This document shows positions 55,361 to 64,000 of a stretch of 64,000 nt of DNA, one piece after another. The stretch lies in contig OX442314.1 in NCBI GenBank assembly GCA_949358305.1, positions 6,758,001-6,822,000 on the forward strand. The letters are read 5' to 3'. The notes beneath the pieces are model-generated. The model was not told where the DNA came from. It was given only the letters and a program-made list of their open reading frames with translations, and searched no databases. Positions within the stretch are counted from its first letter, which is position 1, and each line of letters begins with the position of its first letter. The stretch comes from Strigamia acuminata. Its lineage: Eukaryota. A program made the position numbers and the translations under genes.

Positions 55361-57149
55361 AAATGATAATGCGTTCACTTCACGAATTTCTAGTCATTCG
55401 TTTGGAAACAGGAGAGAGAGAGAAAAATCTGGAAAAACAATCAATTTTTTTAGTTATTTGCATACGAAAACGTGGAAAACGACGAAAGCATAAATTATAG
55501 CGGATGAAGAATTTCGGCAGCCATTTTGTCAGCTTTTTGAAGGGTCGTGCGAATCCGACCGGCACCGGCACCAAACGGGGGCCCACCAATTTCTACAACT
55601 ACAATGAAACCAAATATAACCAAAAAACAATTGAATTTGTACTTTTCTAGCTTTTAGTGTGGGTGGTGAATCGGAGACTTGCAGTGAACATGGGTTGTGC
55701 CGAATATTTAAAAAGCCGAATAATAAACAAAACAAAAATTAATTTAAGTATGAAAGAATTAATTTTTACATTAAGAAAATGCAATTTCTATGTTAAATGC
55801 AATTTAACGGTTAAAAAAATGCAATTTTTACGGTAAATAATGCAATTTTTACGTTAGAAAATGCAATTTTTACCTGAATAAATGGCATTTTTAGCTATAA
55901 ATATATTTATCTACTAAAATGCAATTTATATATGGAAATTATCAGTAAAAGGCAAAACTTTAAGTTGAAAATGCAAATCGTACTAATTTTATCATTATTC
56001 AGTCGAATAACAATCTTCGGTGTTTTGGCCGAAAAGTCTGATGTATTCGGTGCAACCTAAATGGTACACAACGAAACTGAAGGGCGAAACAGTGGTTTTC
56101 GAGTTTTCGAGTTTTCGAATGCAATTAAGTGTTTTATTTACATTCCGACAAAGTATTGTTAGCATCGATTACCAAAAAAGGATTTTTTTTTTTAGTTTTA
56201 TGTTTATAAACAAGTACAATTTATACAGATTGAATAACTTATAATATAAATATATAATTTTTATTTAGATGAACATTCTTTTGTAAAAGCAATCTTTTTG
56301 TAACATTTGGAATAACTCAATTTTTTCAAGTCTTTCGGCAGCTGCTATTGGTTGAAAGTTTGGGTGTGTGAAATTGTGCATGAGGAAACAAAAAAAGAAT
56401 GTTGTTTTTGTTAAATTTTGCAGAAAAAAATAAACAAAACAAAAATGATGAAAAAAAAACATATTTCAAATATATTATATGTTATTATTGCATTGTTAGT
56501 ATTAATTACGAAATATCATTCCATGTAAAGGCAAAGAATATTGAATATATATAAATATAAATATAAATATACATATGGTACAGTATCATCACGTTAAACG
56601 ATAAAGGATTAGTCGTTTTCATTCTTTCGTTTTATTTTTTTCGGTTCGGTCGCAATTTGACAAGTGGTTTGTTTCACTCAATTTTCCACCATTTTGTAAA
56701 GTATGGTTGATTGTGGCCAACTCGTGTTGATTTAGTGATAATAAACATTTCTGAAATCGAATTGTGTGGCTACCTATTATTTTAATGACGCGCTGTAATT
56801 GGTCGAGATATATCAGGCGATGCGAGTTCGTTTCTTCAACATGTTTTTTTTAAAAACGATGTTTTTTGAGGTGTTATCTTTTTTTTTGCTCCTAAACCCT
56901 CCAAAACTAACATTATTCGGTTTTAACAAAGTCTGCAAGGAGTATTTTCATAAATGTTTCTCAATGTACAGTCGTGTTCAAAAAACTGCCACTAGGTTAT
57001 GTCTGCTGTACAAGTATTATACAAGTTTTATCACCTGTTGATGTCTAGTGTCTAACCTAGTGGCAAAACACGAAACTACTCACAATTTCAATTGCCAGCC
57101 TAGAGTGCACCCAAAATCGCAGCATTGAAAATAATGACCAATGGAGGAA

Positions 57150-57322
57150 ATTTAGAAAAAAAATTTGGCAAGATTTTGAAAAAATTTGAGAAGATTTTGA
57201 AAAAATATGGAAAGATTTTAAAAAAAATTGGAAAGATTTTGAAAAAATTTGGAAAGATTTTGAAAAAATTTGGAAAGATTTTAAAAAAAAAATTGGGAAG
57301 GTTTTGAAAAAATTTGGAAAAA
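57150..57322. repeat. 21-bp tandem repeat (~8 copies)
   Basis: AAAAAATTTGGAAAGATTTTG units. Confidence 0.8.
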
Positions 57323-58157
57323 ATTACAGATAATGTTGACGTATTCTGATGTTGGGTGTTTGACTTATTTTAGCTTACTGGTAGAAAATAAATTAATAGC
57401 TTATGGAGAAAAAAATACTTTTTATTACAACATATCAAAATATTGGAATATAAGACAGCAATCATTTGGATGAATTAATTCAATTGCAAAAAATATGCAT
57501 TGTGACACTTTATTGCTACTTTGTACGCTATTAACTAGGTTAATACATAGTTTGCAGCAAGTACTTTTCCCTTACAATTACAAGTATATCGGGGTTGTTG
57601 TAAGGGAAAAGTACGCGTCACAAACTGTGTAATATACAGTTTGTATAAAAATTATTGCAAAACTTAATTTCAGTTTCACTTAAGTAAATCAGCACGAAAA
57701 AGAATAAATTGAGAAAAATGTCCATTGAGTTAAATTAGTGAGAATGAATTCTTCTGAGAATGTTAGTCCGGGATAGAGCTATCTGGTGCTGTCTAGACAT
57801 GAGGAATGATTCATTTAGTATATCTAAATTCGAAAACATGTATTACAACTTAGTGTAAACAGTCAAATGATGATTTCCTCATCTCAAGTTTCAAACAAAA
57901 GATTTTGCTTCCTATATTCATTAGATCGACAACAATCTAGCAGTACAAAAAAGTACTTACACTTGAGTCTTGATAACTTGTTGCTAAAAGACCAGATTTT
58001 CAAAATCTACCTACGCTTACACAAAGTAAGTACAGTTGAATTATATAAACACCGATCGACAAATCGTTACAAAAAATGAGTAAAAAAAAGATTTAGTAGT
58101 ATGGAGATGTCAAAATACTGTACAATCCTTAACAAAAGGGATAATCCCCAGCCCTGG

Positions 58158-58415
58158 TATACTCTAAACCCCGATACAACGTTAGTTAACCTATTTACAA
58201 TTGGTTGAGCCGGATTACGCCTAACTGTGGACTGCTCTACTACGCGGAAAAGTAGTTGTGTCTAAGCATCACCTTTAACAATGAAAAAAGTGTTGGTAAT
58301 CGATAACAATGTCTGGAATTCAATTCCAATTCTGGTGTTATGGACTACTTTTTTGTGCCTCTACACCAGCGATACGGCTGGAGTTAGGTCAACGTTGTAT
58401 CGGTTTAGAGTATAG
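58158..58415. mobile_element. MITE downstream of dispatched
   Basis: TATACTCTAAACC..GATACAACGTT / AACGTTGTATCGGTTTAGAGTATA. Confidence 0.6.
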
Positions 58416-58562
58416 TAACGGTACCAAAACGCAGAACTACGTTTGTTGTTCCAGCATCATCTCTTGATGAGAATTGTTTTCCAACATGACTCCTGGATGT
58501 TACTTCTGCTACATCGATGGTGTTGGACGTAGTCTACGTCAAAAACATGCAAAAACTTATGG

Positions 58563-61500
58563 CTAAACTTCTGGATCTCTTCTCTGCCAGATATCAGTCC
58601 CATTCTTAGAGTTTGGAAACACAGTTGCAACGTCGCTACAGCTCGCTCGAACATCGCCCGTCGCTTCGATTGCTCCGGTGGGCAAACTCACCTTCCTAGG
58701 AGAGAGCGCGGCAAATGCCGACAAACTACGATCACCGTCTGAAAATGTCACCGTCAAACTACCGGATCTTTGCCTATTGCTTCTCCTCAATCGACTATGT
58801 CTGCGCAGAGAACCTCTCGTAGGCCTCTGATGAGGGGTGGCCAGCGGTTCCAACTCGTGGCTTTCGTTGGCATTGTTCGGATTCGGATAACTAGCGCTCG
58901 AAGTGGACAGTGTCGATTCAGATACTGCATAATTGTATACAGTTTTGTCGATGTGCACCTCTCCGGTGGCCGTGCAGCAGCAACTCACTGTCGGATACTG
59001 CAACTGCAATAGTTTCTTCTCCGGTCCAATTAGCCGAAGAACGGATTGGAAGAAAAAAGTGGAATACAACCAGCTGGTGACCATAAGAATCATAACAAAA
59101 GTGCCGATCTGTGTGTAACTTAGCACCGAAGAACCACTCATGCACAACCCTGCAATAAATGTCGTAAAGGCTGCCATGCTGATGGGACTACCCATACGCG
59201 ACAACGAAAAAATCACTGCAGATTCCCGGTCTTGTTCGGACGACAACTTGTAGGCCACCCCATAGTGCAGCGTAAAGTCAACAGCCAATCCTATGGCCAC
59301 AGTGGCCGCAATGGACTCTAAGACGTTCATCTTCCAACCAAGAAGTACAAGGCTTGCCATGGTGACGCAAATGATACTGGCAACGGTAACAACGGCGTAC
59401 AAGCTGACAAAGACGTTGAGCGTTGTCAGGAATACAACGACGAACGAAACGGCCATAGCAGCTCCGATAGCTTCAACCGTGCCGTACAAAAGACTTCTTT
59501 GGAGGTCATAAAAACCCAGGTAGCTAGTGAACCATCCATTTTTCATTCCTGGCGGTGCAGTCTTCAGTTTCTCTTCCATCCAACCCTCTACTTGTTTAAC
59601 AAACTTGTCTATTTCAGTATAGGACAATGTTTCTGGCTGATTGCTGTCGTACTCGACAACTATCGCTTCGATCTTGTAGGTCGTTTTGGAAAAGCGCGGA
59701 CCAGCAATCCCGGGAAGACGGTACATCACCGGAGTTTCGTACAGGGAATTGATTCCATCGTGGATGCACTTGTTGAATACTGGCTCCGAAAAGGGAAACG
59801 GTGATCTTTCGCAGCAGGGAGATCTATTGATCAAGTTCGGATCCACGCACCTTCTGGTCATCCACGACTTGAAAGTCTCGATGAAGCAATTTGGCAAAAG
59901 CGCTCCCATGGTCGATTGGTAGAACGGTTGAGCTCTTAGTTCTTGGCAGAAGCTAAGCAGCCATTTCTGGGATTCGGGATGTACTATGTCGAACGTTTCG
60001 TCGATTTCGAGGGTTCCTTTACTCGCCGGATCCAGATAATCGCCGTTGTCGACTGGCTTGATTCCCCAAACAAAGGTCAACGGCAGCTTGAATAAGGCAT
60101 TGGCATTCTTCATCTTCTCGAACCAGAAATGGTTCTTCAGTCGAAGATCGTATATCTCGAACGGGTGATCGGAAGATAGGATTTGGAATTCTTCCGAATC
60201 GGGTAGACGAAGGCCGGGATAGTAGAAGACGACTAGAACGCTGCAGAGAGCGGCTGCGCTTAGCAGGATCAGCCAAAGGTATCGCGGTTTGATGACGATG
60301 CACGGAAGAATCTTTTCGAAGAATATCCGCGCCCACTCCATGCAACGGTAGTGAAGTTTCCACAGAACATTGCACACCCGAGAACAAAATGTGTAGCGCT
60401 GCAATTGTGGCGCGTAGAGACCAAAAGGAGGAATGCAAATGCAGCAATTGAAGGAACACCAGCGTTCAGCAATAACTATGGTTGCTGGAAGCCACGTGAC
60501 CATGAGTATAAAATTGACCAAAACGGTAGTTCCCGCAAAGAGACTGAAAACATATAAACATCAATGATAACCGATCATGTACACTTTGCTGCAGGAACTT
60601 ACCTAAAGCATTTAATAGCAGTAATATTGCTGACATAACTGGCATAAAATGCAGTTGCTGTGGTCAGGCTTGTAACAAACATGGATACAGTTGCATGCTT
60701 CAAGGTGTCCCCAACTAGTTTCACTAAAGTCCCATTATTTCTCTCCGATTTTGCACAGGCCCAGACTTTACAGTAAATGAACGCATCATCGGCACCAACA
60801 CCTGCAATTCATAAACAAAAGAAATTAGTCAGTCTTTTAAGAGGTAAACAATAACAACAATAAAGAAAACTTTAAAGAATAAGAGGTAGCAAGAACATAA
60901 TAGAGAGGTTCTGCCAGGCGTAGAACCGGAACGGCAACTTGTAGAGTAAGCTCCGCCCACCCGTTGCCTCGCCCGTTGCCATTGTTTTCACGACGTCTGG
61001 ACCCTCCATTACACGTTGCAAACGCGCGCGCAACGTGAAGCTTACTACCTTAGCTCCACCCCATGACGTCAGCACAAAAAGTTATGACGTTTCGGCTTTC
61101 CAGCGTCAGCCGTTCCCGTCTAACGCCTGGCAGAACCTCTCTAACCACTACATTATTGCTTGATTCCAGCTTTAATATACAGTACTGTAGGAACATCAAA
61201 GCATAAAGACTAATAAAAAATGAAGAAATATAAACACATACATTAGCACTGATCTAAACACAAGTAAGTTCTTCGGCTTGCTCCTAACACAAGTAAGTTC
61301 TTCGGCTTGCTCCTAACACAAGTAAGTTCTTCGGCTTGCTCCTAACAGAAGTCGATCTCGATTTACTTATGAGAAAATCAAAACTCCTTTTGTCGTAACC
61401 CGACCTATCTAGATTTCCCAGTATAAATTTATTCCCGTGGCCCAACCTATCCAGATTTCCCGGAACTAAATTTGTCCTAAGTTCAGCCCTAGTCGAAGAT

Positions 61501-62533
61501 GGTCTGGTGAGCGCTTTGGATAACTTCCAAACAACTGGAAATGCAGGAGGCCATCTATCCATCTACATCTGCATACGTATGCAAGCAGAAAATATCAGCA
61601 CAATGTGCAAAATAGTTACCACAACAAAGTGAGAAGGGAAAGACATGAATAGGAACATCAACTGTTATGTTTCACTATGTGTCCCTATTGTACTATACAA
61701 TAGCACACAGTGTAAAACCTATTTGTTGTTTGGCCGTAGTTACTTACCAATTACAATCACCGATGCAAGTATATTCATAAAAGGAAAAAACTTCACTTCA
61801 AACACAAATGTATATAAACAATATGCAATTCCCAATGAGAATAAAATGGCTAACACAGTCATGATGGTGATGAGAAAAGAACTAGTATACATCCACATGA
61901 GAAAAAAAATGAGTAGCAAAGCCAAGGCTAAAAACACGGTGTCGTGGAGCAAATATCCATCGAACAAAGTATTCTTAAGGCCCATGTCCATCGCAACGAT
62001 CCGGACGTTGCTGTCGGATAAAACTTGTTTCTCCAATGCTTGGTAGTAAGGCAGGACTTTTGAAGAGCAGGCCACCGGTAAGAAAGACATGGCATATTTC
62101 AGATGTGTGTTGTTCGGCTGGGCTTTACTCAAAAAGCCGATATCCGTTAAATAGTGAAGTATCGTGTAGACGGCGTTGTGCAAAGTGCAATTCCTTGGAA
62201 TATCCTGGCATGACTCTTCATTTTCAAAGCAGTCAGGTTTCAGCTCCAGCTGGTGGTAAAATTTTGAACATCCTTGAATAATTTTCACTAAATAGTCAAC
62301 GTCTTCTTGCACAAAAGCATGACAACTAGTTTTGTTCCTCAGTAGGAGGAGATAGTTGGGCAAAGACCAACTAGGACAACACTTGCCATTCATTCTCAGT
62401 TCACATAAGTCATAAAATTCAGGTACAGATTTCAGTTTCAGTTGCTCAACAAAACACATGGATTGGAGGGAATGGACCGTCAGGAGACTTTCATCGCTGA
62501 CACTTTCAAATATCACTCTTGAGTAACTGCTGG
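58563..62533 (-). CDS. disp: Protein dispatched (RND/sterol-sensing Hedgehog-release protein), last three coding exons; 5' exons not identified
   Basis: Exons 62533-61748, 60801-60603 and 60543-58563 join in phase; SSD with FFPFMN and GVGADD (TM4 GxxxDD), second repeat [11 protein letters not shown] (TM10 GxxxD), [14 protein letters not shown] ectodomain. Confidence 0.92.
60901..61143. mobile_element. MITE in dispatched intron
   Basis: TIR TAGAGAGGTTCTGCCAGGCGT / ACGCCTGGCAGAACCTCTCTA. Confidence 0.7.
61255..61347. repeat. ~30-bp tandem repeat (3 copies)
   Basis: AACACAAGTAAGTTCTTCGGCTTGCTCCT x3. Confidence 0.8.
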
Positions 62534-63669
62534 CTGAAATAGAAGAACATAATTACTAATGTTTTAAATGCTCCAAATTGCTAAACACATGCACAAATTT
62601 TCATTATAATTGTCAATTACTATTAAGGGATACCCAAAAATAACAGGCCTCTTCTACTACTAACCGCACCCATGTGTATTGGGGCCGCAAGTATTTTTTA
62701 ATGTTGCAAAAAATAAAATGTTAAAATTCAAACCCTAAAAAATGCTTCTAATCAAACCAAATAAAAGTAGCTTAAAGAACAAACATTGGGCTTTATTTTT
62801 TTTAAAAAATGAATTTTTAACTTAAATGGGCCAAAGGTTATGTCTATTTGAATATGCGGTACTTGGCACAAGTGTATTTGGCCACCACGCTAATTGCCTC
62901 AAGTGAGTTGGGCCGGCAGAAAAAGCTTAGCACCACATTCAAAAAATCACAAAAAAAAACGGTTTCTGCAGAAAATCATTGTTTATTTGAACAATACATT
63001 TCAATATTTTGTTGCATAACCAAAATTTTGTATGTGATTGTGCAGGCCAAGTCAAAACCTAAATGTGATAGGTTGGATCACTGAGCAATTGACTTGACTT
63101 TATGCTTAGAATCATTTTTCTGCTGAAATATCCATGTCAAAGGCAGTTTATCATCTGCAAATGGAAGCATAACAATTCTCCAATACTTTTTTATAAGTAT
63201 ATTGGTCCATGATACCCTTAATTTAATGTTGTGGACCGATACACATACAGGAAACCATCCCCAAGCCACCGCAATAGTAAACCTACCATAAGACACACTC
63301 GATTTTAGAAATGTTTGTATGGAGAAAATATGCATCTTAAAACTGAAGAAATACCATATTAAATGTAAATTTCTTGTGCTTGAATGTTTAAAGAAAAATT
63401 TTGCAGTTTTGGATTTGTCACGTGATTTCAATTCTACCAATCATGTGCATAATTGCAAAAACACAAAATCAAGCAAAAGATAGTTTTTGCTCTTTTGGCA
63501 AGCAATTTTGAGACTTGTCAAACACAAAACAAAATGGCAGTGGCCAAGGTCATTCCTAGCAGCCATCACAAATAATTTGCAAAGTACAAAGCAATTGCAA
63601 CTAATTTAAAAAAAATTTCATTTTGTCGTATGAATTGTGAAAAGTTTTTTCTACATCACATCATATTAA

Positions 63670-63966
63670 GGGGTTTCATATATGATGCGCTGAAAGCGCT
63701 GAAGTTATTATTCCAATAATCACAATCGCTCTATTATTGAAGACCCACGCCAGGTTCAATTGATTATACTACTGTCACATGACTTCCGGTTATGTTCTGT
63801 TATGTTTTAAGCATGAAAAGCTCCTTTTTCAGTGATTATAAATAAGCGCTGAAACGCTGAAGCGATTATTCATGTGATTGGCCCACGCAAGTCACATGAT
63901 AATCACTTCAGCAGAATAATCGCCATAATCACTTCAGCACTTTCAGCGTATCATTTATGAAACCTC
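63670..63966. mobile_element. MITE
   Basis: GGTTTCATATATGATGCGCTGAAAGCGCTGAAG / CTTCAGCACTTTCAGCGTATCATTTATGAAACC. Confidence 0.6.
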
Positions 63967-64000
63967 AAGTCGCATGAAATCCTGCGATTTGATTTCATCA

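Noticed and set aside
63078..63440. Upstream dispatched exon
   Set aside because: No recognisable Disp sequence or phase-compatible splice sites identified.

Overview
AT-rich, intron-containing eukaryotic DNA, most likely an invertebrate (TTAGG-type repeats suggest an arthropod). The left half is a stack of transposons. A 12.9-kb, apparently intact and very young Ty3/Gypsy LTR retrotransposon (9369-22237) has apparently identical 820-bp LTRs, an AATG target-site duplication, a tRNA-Pro PBS and a -1 frameshift gag-pol. It is inserted in the 5' LTR of an older, internally deleted Ty1/Copia element (9292-25053). LINE, Mutator, Tc1/mariner and MITE relics surround it. The right half holds three host genes: a 19-exon protein kinase D (minus, 33509-53979), a small PH-domain protein ending in a CaaX box (plus, 54863-55360) and the 3' exons of dispatched (minus, 58563-62533). 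The most unusual feature is the Gypsy element's third gene. It is a ~930-codon Arg/Pro-rich ORF with no Env hallmarks, and it appears to be completed by splicing from a short upstream ATG exon (17907-18023 joined in frame to 18584). A G-U-rich RNA hairpin in the LTR adds to the resemblance to a complex-retrovirus regulatory system. All coordinates were read by eye; no database searches were run.
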